The notes: generated by a model not told the origin, from the letters alone. DNA of 64,000 bases from Octopus sinensis (GCF_006345805.1 NC_042997.1:94612001-94676000), one strand, 5' to 3'. Shown: positions 40,207-53,350, counted from the stretch's first letter. Translations and numbers: made by a program.

Positions 40207-41598
40207 TATTTGGTGAAGTGGTGATACTAATGACTATCACATGACACCACGGAAAAGTATTACATATTTCTGTTTATGGAACATATTTCTGTTGTATGGA
40301 ATCATTTGTCTGGATAGTCTAACTATTGCCATACTCAGATGAGAACACACGGCGTTGTACAGCAGAGACGTAGCCATGTTCACTATACTATCTACTGTCT
40401 TATACACCTCGACAGTCCTTATATTTTTCCATGTAGTTACAATCTATCTTAAGCTTTTGTTTACTGATCTCATCTTTAACTGTTATCGGAAGCAGTTACT
40501 ATATAAAGATTCTCATGCATGAAAAATCTAAGAGTTCACTGGTAAATTTTAAGTAACATCGCTTGTTGTCATTTGATTTCTGATTATTAATTTTTTTTTT
40601 TTGCAAAAGATTCAACTCATTGCAGTGAAACAAAAGTTAATCAGCATTCATCTATTAAGTGTTTTGAATTCCACCCAGTTTAAACAACAAATATTGCTAT
40701 CCTTCTTTTGTCTACGAAGTCTTCACCTCATGGTTTTAAATTAATAATGAGTGTATCGTAAGTTGGGAATTCAAAGGAATAAATGGAATACTAGCGTGGC
40801 GATTTACATTTCGTATTTAAATATACATATAAGAATGCATATTCTATGTATATATTGACATTGCGTAAAGATGCACATTGTAATGCAAATATTCACAATG
40901 TAAAGCTTTAAACTGCCGTTATATAAGGTCATAATATATTCGTTACAGATAGTCATTAAGAGACTTGTTGAGAGAGTCGTTTACGCAATTCCGCGTTCTA
41001 GTTGGTGGCAAAATCAAATAATTACTAGCTGTTCAATATTCTCATGGAATTGTTTTAATGGAATTCATTCGTATAGACATATTGTGATTTATTAAACTTC
41101 CCTCGAGACATAATATAACTTGGCAAATCCCATTTATCTCTGAATCACACTTTCGATATCGATTTCTTTCCTGTAAGAATTTCTATTTTATTACGAAGAG
41201 CTCTTAAACTTACACAGTTTCTTACTTTAAGAATTCCCTCGCTATTGTATGTTTAATCAATTATGCTAATGAAGTTATATTATCCGCTCAGCATTAACAT
41301 GGAATATACTTCACATCAAAAGAATATCAATTCGGAATTAATTACAATTTTTGTTTTTAATGATCACGTATAATCTGCTTTGTTCAGCAAGGACTTTAGT
41401 AGTTGACTCATGATAGAATGATTGTATATTTAATTTGCAGTGTGCCCCAGTTAGGATAAATCAAAAAGAGAATGAATGAGAGTTATGCTGTCATTTAAAA
41501 TAATCATACATAAAGAGATTGCGCGAGTAATTAAATTGGCTATTGAGAGAAAATTTGTTTCAAGGCCTTGAGATATCATTTATTGTAACTATTGCTTT

Positions 41599-42792
41599 TA
41601 CGAAGTGATATCAAAACGTTCCCCGACTATTTCTGTAGCGCCCCAACAGAAGGCAGCACAAAACAGAGGGCGTAGTGAGAACTAGCAATAACATTCATGA
41701 GGCATTGTGTCGAGTGACATTGTTGCGTTTACTTCGCAAGTTGCGAAATTTGTGTTTCTGTGTTTTTTGTGATCAGATGTTTGCTGTAATCTGCGATTTT
41801 AGACATAGACAAAAAGATTAAACAAGAAGCGAACATGAAATGTGGTGTTAAACTTGGAAGTCTGCTATGGAGACATTCAACATGGTTCTGTTAACTTACG
41901 GCGACGAGGCATGGTTTGTACGGAATATTTCGAGAAGCATGGGCGCTTCAAAATCGGAAGAAAGTTCCTGGAAGACGATGAGCGATCAGGGAGACCTGCC
42001 GTGAGCTTCACTTCCGGAAATGTGGTATTATGCATCGAAAATTTGTCTCCCAGAGCCAGACTGTCAATGTAGAGATCTACTGCGACGTTTTGAAGAATTC
42101 GAGGGACGACATTCGGCAAAAGCGTCCGGATCTGAGGAGCGCGAAGAATTGGATTCTTAACGACGACAATGCACCCTCGCACCAAGCTCTCCTCATTCGT
42201 GAGTTTGTCGTCAAAAGCAACATAGTATCGCTTCTGCACTTACCCTTTTTACCAGATTTAGCAACTGCGGCCTACCATGTTTTCTCCAAGAAAGGTCGCC
42301 ATTTTAACACCGTTGTCAAGATCCCGAGTGAATCACAGAGCTTCCTCGACTTGCTTACGGAAAACGATTTTCAGTCCAGATTCCAAAAGTGGTACCGCTG
42401 TATTGTTGGGACCGCTGTATTGCTGGAACTGCTTACAGGCAGCTAGCTGGCAGAACCGTTAGCGCGTCGGGCGAAATGCTTAGCGGTATTTCGTCTGTCG
42501 GTATGTTCTGAGTTCAAATTCCGCCGAGGTCGACTTTGCTTTTCATCCTTTCGGGGTCGATTAAGTAAGTAACAGTTATGCACTGGAGTCGATATAATCG
42601 ACTTAATCCGTTTATCTGTCCTCGTTTCTATACTCTGTGTTTAGACCCTTTGTGGGCTGTAAAGAAGTATATTACTGGAACCGCTGTATTGCTGCATGGG
42701 TGACATTTTCGAAGGAGGTAAAACTTATGTAAATAAGCCATTTTGTATTAAATATAACTAGTCCGGGAATCTTTTGATATCACCTCCTAGTA
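41599..42792 (+). mobile_element. Decayed mariner element with TIRs, interrupted by a SINE
   Basis: tacgaagtgatatcaaaacgttccccgacta / tagtccgggaatcttttgatatcacctcctagta; LEDDERSGRP, WILNDDNAPSH, PFLPDLA. Confidence 0.85.
42437..42668 (+). mobile_element. SINE family B inserted inside the mariner element
   Basis: Full monomer match; accgctgtattg repeated on both sides. Confidence 0.85.
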
Positions 42793-43062
42793 TATCTGTG
42801 AAATTCCAAACAGAGTCTTGTTAGGATGATTATTAAAAACAAAATTATATTTTATCCTTTGTGTAATTAGAGTTTCCTTTGAGTTTATTGTAAATCATCT
42901 GATCTGATCAGAAGTATTTTATAACAGCTTAGTGCTCTTTGAAAATATTACGACACATAAAAGAATTAGAATAATCTTTTTTGTACCATCGTCTTTTAAT
43001 TTCTATAAAAGTTTAACAGTCTAATCAAGTTATTATTATTTTACAATGGGGTCTATTTTGAA

Positions 43063-43116
43063 GATGTCCATTTGCTATAAGATATCCATATGCTATAAGA
43101 TATCCATATGGTATAA
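43063..43116. repeat. 3 x 18-bp minisatellite (gatatccatatgctataa)
   Basis: Direct reading. Confidence 0.85.
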
Positions 43117-44693
43117 GCATGTATAGTTTCCCTTACAAAAATATTGAATTAATAATCTCGAGAATGTTTTACATATATTACCATCTTTTGGAGCGGTAAA
43201 ATGAATACTTTAGGTGGACATACGGTCTGCTGAAAATAGGATACAAATCTTGAAATCCCACCTTACCGTCTCAAGGAAGTACACAGGATGTCACAGCGTT
43301 TGTGATTTTGAGATTACAGTGTTTCTGGAGCGATAATATTCCCTACTGGTTATAAGATCAATAGTGCATGTTTAATAGCGCAGTATATAATCCGCATTGT
43401 TGCATTCAGTAGGATGTTGATTTGGCCACAATAAGGTACAGTATTAATCTTCAATCCCGTCGTGGTAGTCCTATTGTTTCACCGAGAGAGAAACCATGTG
43501 AAGCTGCGTGCCACTACTTTTTGACAAAACCTAGTTTTCGTAGTTTTCATACCTTGAGTGTTTCTTTTACGTGTAATCTGCTTGATGAGATGAGACGAGA
43601 ATTATGAAGATAATTGCCATGTAGAACCGACTTGCAGCGGTAGGTCATCAATGCTTGGTAATTATTTCACGTAAAATAATTACCCATTAGTTGTTGAGAA
43701 TTTCAAGCCAAATGAAGCAAATGGTGAAAATGTATATCATTAGTGGATAATGGTCTGGCGGGTAATAAATAGAGAACTTTGGTGTGTAAGATAAATTTTA
43801 AGCCTTCTATTTAATGTCGAACATTAAATATAAAACGGAATAGTGAAATAAGCAATGGTGTAGGCTGTTACATGAGTTATATATATAAAATACTTTGAGA
43901 AAGACAAGAGAAAGTGAAATGAATATGCTAAGGGCGTTGATTTTAAGGGATGAGATTAGTTATTTCAAACTAGGAATTAAATTTGATTGGTTGAATGAAA
44001 GTTACAAGCTTTTACTCCTATTTGTTTTCTAAATAATTAACTCTAATACAGAGCCCATAACCCTTAATTTCACAAACACATCATTCATTCGTAATGCTCA
44101 ACATATGTAGGGTCCACCAGAATTTCAAAACTAAAAGCGTACCCTTAAAATAACTTCCTGTACTCTGTAACATATAGGGAAAAATTAAAGCGAATAAACT
44201 AAAAACAATTACCAATTAGCGAAATGGAACGTGCAACAATCCAACAATTCGTATAATTTTTTTCTCCTTTTTCCGCAACTTATTTCGGGATGACTGAGAA
44301 AGGAGTTTACATATGAAGTTGCTATAGCAACTTTCTAAATACAATTTTCATTTCAATATCTTATGATTAACTCATTAATTCTATTGATGTATTCCAATTT
44401 AATCTGGAAAGAAAATTAAGCATCAAAGGTCAATAAGAGCTTATAGAACAATTCTCTTTTCATTTGATTGGATTCATACAAACGTTCTACGATTAATAAT
44501 ATTCGTATATGTGTGTGAGTGTGTTTATATTTATATGTATGTGTGTGTGTGGGGTGTGTATGCGTGTGTATCGTCAATGCACACACAAACGCGCACGCAA
44601 ATGCACTCACGGTAATATATATATATATATATATATATGAAAAAACAAGTCAAAAATAGAAAATGCTAAGATGATTTTATAGTGAATCTTTCA

Positions 44694-44767
<74 letters not shown>

Positions 44768-44981
44768 ATACATATATTTATATGTACAAATAAATACACA
44801 TGTTACCTCTTCACAGGAACATAGTTACATAAATTAGAATAAAAAGAATTGAAATCATATGGTTTGATTTTCAAGACCCTTAATTGAAAAAGTAGATCGG
44901 ACAAAACATATTTTGTGGGATTCGTTGTCTTAATAACTCATGCACACACATACTTACACGTCCATACATAAACATACCCAT

Positions 44982-45096
<115 letters not shown>

Positions 45097-45126
45097 ATAT
45101 ATATATATATATATTATATATATATG

Positions 45127-45938
45127 ATAGTAAAGAGTGACAAAAACTACACAAGGCTTGTTTTATAAGGTTAAAGAATATATTTGAGTCATTATGTTAG
45201 AAGAATGTTATAAACTTTTTTCATACAATAACATAGTTTTTGAAAAAATTACCGGTTTCGTGTTAACTTTTCAAAGTCAACCTCTTTGGTTGTTAGTTCC
45301 TTTTCATGGGTTTTAATTAGTGAAGACAGAGTTTTCCTTATTTTTTGTGGGGTGTAGTTGGTGCTCGGGCTGCCACCAAAACTACCTGGGGTCCACGGGA
45401 CTATCACTCAGACGTAGATGCACTCTGCATCACAACAGATTGCATTCCCAGAATACCGAATGATACCCTTTAGTGAGCATATTGAGAAATGCGCAAAGCA
45501 ACTACTACTACAATTTTTAGTCTTTCCATTCTATCAATGTGCTATTGGAACACCAACACACATTAGATTAAACAAGGAAACAGTCTTCATTGAAAAATAT
45601 AAGCCCAAACTTAACCACTCTAACATTCTTATACAGAGAAACTCAACCCATTAAATTAAAGGAAAAGAAATATAAAGCGATTATCTCCCTTATACCGGAA
45701 GAAATCGCTTATTACCTCACCCTATCTGGAACTCTTCTATGCACTTCATAACGAAGACATAACACGATGTAAATAAAGACATTTGAGAAATTTGAAAAGT
45801 TAACACGAAACGGGTAATTTCTTGAAAAACTTTGTTATTGTATGAAAAAATTTTATAACATTCTTCTAACATAATGACTCAAATATATTCTTTAACCTTA
45901 TAAAACAAGCCTTCTGTAGTTTTTTCACTCTTTACTAT
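45127..45938 (+). mobile_element. Penelope-like remnant: inverted arms of about 150 bp around a GIY-YIG endonuclease C-terminus
   Basis: Arms 45127-45275 and 45791-45938 are reverse complements; ORF 45418-45654 SEHIEKCAK..FPFYQC..KETVFIEKYKPKLN. Confidence 0.7.
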
Positions 45939-45985
45939 TTTATATATATTCAACCACGTGGTTTCACACACCAACTTTCTCACCT

Positions 45986-46040
<55 letters not shown>

Positions 46041-46074
46041 TATTATATATACATATACACACACATATATATAT

Positions 46075-46135
<61 letters not shown>

Positions 46136-47097
46136 CTAGCACAACGTTTTTCACTTTGCAGGTAATATGTAGGTTTATTGCACACCCCACGAAATTCCTT
46201 AATATATGTAATTGTTAATGAGGTAAGATACACATATGATAGATTCAATAGATTCACTTATCTTTTCGACAATCTTAATATTAAGGTTAGTTATTCAAGT
46301 AATTTTTCTAAATTTACTATCAGATACTCGCTTCGTTAGCGGCTCTATACCTATAACACTTCCAAACTTAATATTATACGAAGTATTTCTCGCTAATATG
46401 TCATTAATATCTTCACGTAGCCTGTTCCAGTAGAATACCCATCAATCTGGTTCAATCATTTTGTGAACTGCCAGACAACATCTCTCGGAACATGAGGTGT
46501 TGAGTGTGTCTTTGCCGTTTTTGGTGTCGGAATAGTGCCGACACATTCCTCACCACTCTCACTATAGGTCTGTAATAAGGATATTACTTTCGGCAATTTC
46601 CTATATAGCGGAGTACTTCCCAATCGCAAGTGGATTCACCGAAGGTTTACTATAGTGTGAATGAAATATGTATGGATTTGTATGTTTTGTTGATCATGGC
46701 ACTCTCTACATTTCAGGATTTAGAACAGGTTAACTTTACAAGGATGTCTAGAAATGTAATCTGTATTTACATTCATATTCTTATTAATAGTATTGATTAT
46801 TTCTTGAATTACAGTTATCGAATACTATTGAATCATTAGAACATCGTCAGCGTAGGGCAAATTTTCCCGATGAGATTATCATCTACAAAGCGAGAGTACA
46901 AGGCTAGATCAGCGTCATCAGCTACTAGGCTTTGTTAGATATACTTGTTCAGCCTTACCATGAGAAGTCTACCGACTCTCCAAAACTTACGACCCCAATC
47001 ACACCACCTACAAACTGTTTGTGAAGTTAATTATTATATTTGAAAATGTGAGTATTTCCTATGTGCTTAGTCTGCTAATGATTAAATCCTTATAAAA

Positions 47098-47207
47098 CAT
47101 ACATACATACATACATACATACATACATACATACATACATACATACATACATACATACATACATACATACATACATACATACATACATACATACATACAT
47201 ACATACA

Positions 47208-47237
<30 letters not shown>
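47098..47237. repeat. (CATA)n microsatellite at the 3' end of the RTE-like fragment
   Basis: Direct reading. Confidence 0.95.
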
Positions 47238-47239
<2 letters not shown>

Positions 47240-47240
<1 letters not shown>

Positions 47241-47950
47241 GATGGTTGCCAACTTGATTTCGATTAGAGCCATTGTCTGATTTCTTTATGCCTCAGAATA
47301 TCATTGCTGAACTGCACGAATATGGCTTTTGAGATCTGGCAAAGACCTACATGCTTTTTGACAATTAGTGCAAGAGAGTTTGGTGATTGTATAGCTTACA
47401 GCTCCATGAGCATTACTCTGCCTTTTCAAGCCATTTTTTGATCTGCATACTTTATGAAAGAGTATGCATTCGAAATCATCTGTCCATCTATAATCAATGT
47501 GCGGTTGTGCAATGTTTGATTTCATATAGCTCTTTAGCCCAGCCATACTAAGACAAATCTTTCCACATTTATCACATGTAAGATCATCACGTTCATTAAT
47601 GTTTGTTAGAGCATCATTCCTGTCATTTTTTCTCATCTTCTTTTTGACCTTTGCATACTCCATTCTTTTCCTTTCAAATTCCTTTTTGCTGTCATACACA
47701 AATTTGTCCGTTTTCCTCGGCAATGCGCTAAATCCTTCCGATTGTCAATTGGAACATTTATTTTATTTAATCTCGACTTGAGAAAATCTTTGTACCTCAA
47801 CTTTGGTTTGTAGGTCGGACGTTTACCTGTCACCAGTATGACGACCGAGTCCAGGCTGCGATACCCTGGGGCACCTGCCGGGTCAGACTTGTTCATCACT
47901 AGATCCCAAACCATTTTTGCCATTCACATTTTTATTGTTTATGGATCTCA
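47240..47950 (-). mobile_element. 3' fragment of an RTE-like LINE with three degenerate C2H2 zinc fingers
   Basis: GKRPTYKPKLRYKDFLK (RTE post-RT motif); CDKCGKIC.S.AGLKS, CTNCQKACRSLPDLKSHIR. Confidence 0.7.
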
Positions 47951-48117
47951 TAATTATATTTAAGACTTTTTGGGGTGCTACGACCATCCCCATTCATTGA
48001 GCTCGCGTAACTTCCGCAAAATTTCCTCAATAAATTCTTATTATTAGTCGTGGATGAATATTCTCGGATTTCTGTTCGGTTTTGCCTGTAACGATACTTC
48101 TTCCTCTACTGTTATTT

Positions 48118-48578
48118 CCTGAATTTGAACTCAGAACGTAAAGACAGACGAAATACCTATTTCTATTTCTTTACTATACACAAGGGACTAAACACAGAGG
48201 GGACAAACAAGGACAGACAAACGGATTAAGTCGATTACATCAACCCCAGTGAGCAACTAGTACGTAATTTATCGACCTCGAAAGGATGAAAGGCAAAGAC
48301 GACCTCGGCGGAATTTGAACTCACTACGCAGTGGCGGACGAAATACCTATTTCTTTACTATCCACAAGGGGCTAAAGACAGAAAGGATAAGCAAGGACAT
48401 ACAAACGGATTAAGCCGATTATATCGACCCCAGTGCGTAACTGGTACTTATTTAATCAACGCGAAAGAATGAAAGGCAAAGTCGACCTCGGCGGAATTTG
48501 AAGTCAGAATGTAACTACAGACGAAATACCGCTAAGCATTTCGCCCGGCGTGCTAACGAATCTGTCAGCTTGCTGCCT
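48118..48578 (-). mobile_element. SINE family B: one head plus two full and one partial tandem body units
   Basis: Junction gacgaaatacctatttct at about 48147 and 48337. Confidence 0.85.
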
Positions 48579-49167
48579 TTGAAACGTGTAATATTGAAAA
48601 TATTCAATATTCAATATTCAATATATTGAAAATATATTGAAATATTGTAGTATTGAAAATATACAATGCTATGGATTCTCACTCAGTAGAAATCGGAGAA
48701 CTTGTACCTTATACAAAGGGATTTATTATGTTGTTCAAAAATGACGTGGGTAAGAATATTGATTATCTCCTTGATTCTTTTGGAATGACAGTGCTGAAAT
48801 TAAAGTGAATTGTTCCTGTATGAAGAAGGTTAAGGAAAAGTGCAAAGCTGCATAAACACGAAACTTTATGTATAGGTAACAGAGAGGAAGTTGCTAATGA
48901 ACACGGCCAATCCTTGTTAAAAACCAGGGTTCATTCAATGCACTTACATTTTGTATGCTTAAGTTGACGAGAGATCAGATCCCGCCTTTACGACATGCGG
49001 AGATGACGGTACCTGGCCTGTACAATTCGACCTAAGGAGAAACTAAAAAGTGTTGTCAAGAGCTATTCGGACACCCAAAATTAGAAAAAATGAATTATAT
49101 AGGAATTTATTTCATATGTTCACTCACTCATAAGAAAAAGACCTCGCATAATAACCTACTGAAGGCA

Positions 49168-49348
49168 TAAGGCCTGAAATTTTGTGGGCAGCGGACTAGT
49201 CGATTATATCGACCCCAGTCAGTTTCACTTAATTTACCGATCACGAAAGGATGAAAAATAAAATCGACCGGAGTGGAATTTGAACACAGAACGTAGCAAC
49301 GGACGAAATATCGCTAACCATGTCGCCCAATCTGCTAACAATTCTGCC
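49168..49348 (-). mobile_element. SINE family B-related copy
   Basis: gtcgattatatcgaccccag...gaaaggatgaa...gaatttgaacacagaacgta...gacgaaata. Confidence 0.7.
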
Positions 49349-49458
49349 ATAAAACCCTCGGATAATGATGATAAATTTTTTAAAAAGTACAAAATACACA
49401 CTGATCGGTTCTCTCCCCTTAAAGGAAAGCTTCACCACCGCCCCTGCTATTTCTTAGT

Positions 49459-49500
<42 letters not shown>

Positions 49501-50379
49501 TCTTCTTCTTCTTCTTCTCTCTTACTCCGAAAGTAATCGTAGGCCACACACCAACAGTTGCCAGACAATTTTCCCACATGTGAGTAAAGAATGTTACTTT
49601 GTTTTCATATGATTAGCCAAAAGTGTAAACATAATACGACATAGTCAATAGCCATAAAAGTTTAAACAAATATTTTCTAAACGACACGCGTTGAAAAGTT
49701 CTTTTGATTTGTATTACGATACGGGTTTTAATGTATTTATGTAAAGAGGGTAAAATTGCACAGATCTATATACTTGGCGCCGTAAAATTTGTGTCTGTCT
49801 TACTCTTGATAAACTGATCATCTTGATATCGATAGCAAAATTGATTGTTGAGGAAAAGCCAGCCATTCCCGCCGAACGTAGTAGAATTCGCGGGAAGAAT
49901 TCAAGCAGAATATATTCATTCATTCATGCATTCACGCGTATACGCATTCGCAATAACGTGCCGCCTCTAATACAGTAGAATACATACACAAATACAAACG
50001 TCCAGTCCAACTATCTACCTCCGCAAATGCTTCTTTCAATCTGTGTGTCTGTGCATGTACAGAAGTATAGGTACTATGCCCCCCCCCCACACACACATAT
50101 ATATATATGTTTGCTTTTCAACGTACACGATAATAGAATTATCAATATTATGCTTGGCAATCGTCACTGAGCATTTACTGAAATTCATTACCCATAAAAA
50201 TAGATATCATTCGGAATTGGCTATTGAATTTCCGTATCAGAAAATGGTTGCAGCACTTATAGACATAACGTACTTCAAAGGATTTGCCAATACATACATA
50301 CATACATACATACATACATACATACATACATACATACATACATACATACATACGTACATACATACATACATACATATAT

Positions 50380-50413
<34 letters not shown>

Positions 50414-50537
50414 CATATACATACACATATATGCATATATATGTATATGTATGATATATATATACGTATATATATATATATTATATATATTATATATATA
50501 CACACATATATATATATATGTATGTATATATATATTA

Positions 50538-50572
<35 letters not shown>

Positions 50573-50622
50573 GATAGAGAGATGAATGGATAGATATACA
50601 TATATATATATATATATATATG

Positions 50623-50728
50623 CTTCACGGCACTTCGTCCGTCCTTACATTCTGAGTTCAAATTCAGACTAGGTCGCCCTTTCCGTGAATCCTTTCGTGG
50701 TTGATAAAATTGGTACCAGCTGCGCATA
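50623..50728 (+). mobile_element. SINE family B fragment
   Basis: ggcacttcgtccgtccttacattctgagttcaaatt...cctttcg.ggttgataaa. Confidence 0.65.
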
Positions 50729-50985
50729 TACATATATATATATGAGAAAGTCTTTTACGCTGCCAGCCTACGCTATTCAGCAGAAAGAGAGACGAGGAAA
50801 CATATAGAGTGAGAATAAAAAAAACTCTTGGAGCTAGCGGTCATACACGCTTGCATAAAATTTAATATCGTCAGCAGTGTGTTACGACTAAGGAAATTTA
50901 TAATTGTCAACGAAATATGACTAGGGTGTTAGAAAAACATACATTTCTAGTAATGAAGGTATGTCTTACACCCTGGTCACATGTG

Positions 50986-51019
<34 letters not shown>

Positions 51020-51061
51020 TGTATGTGTGCATATGTGTATATGTGTATATGTGTATATGTA

Positions 51062-51102
<41 letters not shown>

Positions 51103-51106
<4 letters not shown>

Positions 51107-51442
51107 ACAATCAAGGAACGGCCATAATAGGCCATTCACCCACTAGAAATAACAGCCAAAGCTTCAACCGCAAATAAAGATCAATTCCGTAAACAGGAGA
51201 AAATTTAAAAAAACATTTACCCTGTAATTTCTTGTACGATGCACCGTTTCGTCTGCTGTTTAATGGTAAACTAACCTGATTAAATTAAATCAAGCCAATC
51301 TTCCATAGGCCCTCAGATTCTTCAGCAAGAAATAGTCGGAACAGATATTTTCACGAGGCATTTCCGACCCTGCCAATTTGAAGCTTTGGCTGTTATTTCT
51401 AGTGGGTGAATGGCCTATTATGGCCGTTCCTTGATTGTTGAT
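51103..51442. repeat. Perfect 65-bp inverted repeat enclosing a 210-bp spacer
   Basis: 51103-51167 is the exact reverse complement of 51378-51442. Confidence 0.92.
51227..51333 (-). ncRNA. Type I hammerhead ribozyme, near-canonical
   Basis: Minus strand: atttcttg-CTGAAGA-atctg[58 nt]cagac-GAAA-CGG(TGCA)TCG-TA-caagaaat; 8-bp helix I, all core nucleotides present, A.C at 10.1/11.1. Confidence 0.75.
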
Positions 51443-51564
51443 GTTGAACTTAAAAATGGTCTACGACTATTTAATTTTTTCCCACTAGGCCGCTGGTGGC
51501 AAAAAGAATTCTACAAAATTTTTTTCACCACCCTATATTGATTAAATATATATATATATGTGTG

Positions 51565-51615
<51 letters not shown>

Positions 51616-51689
51616 ATATGTATATATAGGTATATATATATATAATATATATATATATATATGTATATATATTGTATATGTATTTTCTT

Positions 51690-52100
51690 TTCCTTTTTTT
51701 TATTCTTTTACCTGTTTCAGTCATTTGACTGCGGCCATGCTGGAGCACCACCTTTAGTCGAGCAACTCGACCCCGAGACTTATTCTTTTGTAAGCACAGT
51801 ACTTATTTTATCGGTCTCTTTTGCCGAACAGCTAAGTAACGGGGACATAAACACGCCAGCATCGGTTGTCAAGCAATGCTAGGGGACAAACACAGACTCA
51901 CAAATACACACTCGCATACATATATATACATATATACGACGGGCCTCTTTCAGTTTCCGTCTACCAAATCTACTCACAAGGCTTTGGTCGGCCCGAGGCT
52001 ATAGTAGAAGACACTTGCCCAAGGTGCCACGCAGTGGGACTGAACCCGGAACCATGTGGTTGGTAGACAAGCTACTTACCACACAGCCACTCCTGCGCCT
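51690..52100 (-). mobile_element. SINE family A, near full length
   Basis: Intact head ggttccgggttcagtcccactgcgtggcaccttgggcaagtgtcttc through tail gcatggccgcagtcaaatgactgaaac. Confidence 0.88.
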
Positions 52101-52109
52101 ATATATGTG

Positions 52110-52209
<100 letters not shown>

Positions 52210-52974
52210 ATATGTATGTATTAATATTTATGCGTATATGCGGATGTGCGTGTGAGTGTGTGTGTTAGTGTTAGACACTGCTGCCTGTATTGATTTGTCT
52301 ATAAGCCATGCGATGACAGAAATGCACTCTGCAATTTATTGAATGTGTAGAGATGTGTCGGGGTGTATTCATGTGTGTGTGCATGTGTGTGTGAGTTTCT
52401 GTGCGGATGTGTCGGTTTAGGGTTAGATGTGGATGTGTATGTTTTCCTTGTGCGGTGTGGTGGAGGTCGGGCGGCTCTCAGTTGACCAACCGTGAGGAAG
52501 ATAATGATAATTTTAAATTCAAATCCAATAGTGTATTTATGTCATAAGGAAAATTACTAACTGGAACCCAGACATACATATATACTGCTCTGGATCCTAA
52601 TGTAAGCGTTATTAATAATATTATGAATGATATTAATGGTAACATTAATGGTATTGACAACGATAATGATGCTCACTTTAATGACACTTTAGAAATTATT
52701 ATGTAGTAATATAATGTACTATTGACTATGTATATTTGCATCTAGGTACTAATTTGTGTATGGTTATTATCACAATATTAAGTCGAAAAACTGAGACATT
52801 GAATGTGGAACACATATATATGTTTACTAATTTATATTATTTATTTATATCATTATGTATATGTATATTTTTATATGTATAAGAGTGTGAGTATATGCAC
52901 TCATATTTATATGAATATGTTGTATTATGGGTATGCACCCACACACATGTGGGTATATATGTAGACTGATTTAT

Positions 52975-53114
52975 ATTACATAATCTCCGAAGAGGCCTTA
53001 TGATATTTTTGTAAATGTCTCATTTATATCTATATATTGACCAACCATAAAGGGCTAATATTGGTAAAATGAGACATACTTATCTACATGGCCGAAACAG
53101 CTGTAAGATGTAAT
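52975..53114 (+). ncRNA. Type I hammerhead relic with an extended helix II (U4>C substitution)
   Basis: CCGAAGA 52987-52993, ggcc/ggcc helix II, GAAA 53094-53097, C-AGCT-G, GTA 53103-53105, helix I attaca(taa)tct/agatgtaat. Confidence 0.6.
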
Positions 53115-53350
53115 CTATACTTATATTTATATTTACTTATATTTATATTCTCTTTTATATATATTCTACTTATTATACAACATTACTCTTTTATGTACAC
53201 TTTTTATGTACATTCCTTTATGTACACTGATTTGTTCTGCGTTTTATATTTAACCCTACAGTCTCTTATGTGGTGGTTTAATAAAGTATGTGATTGAGTA
53301 TTATCTGGTAATTGATATTCGATTTAGATGTATTTCTCCATTTTCTTATC

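Noticed and set aside
45949-45966. Minus-strand GAAA-CC(ACGT)GG-TT, hammerhead 3'-half-like
   Set aside because: No 5' core before the adjoining (TA)n, so it is not counted as a ribozyme.
48830-49085. Stop-poor plus frame (KSAKLHKHETLCIGNREEV...)
   Set aside because: Short, two internal stops, no motif.
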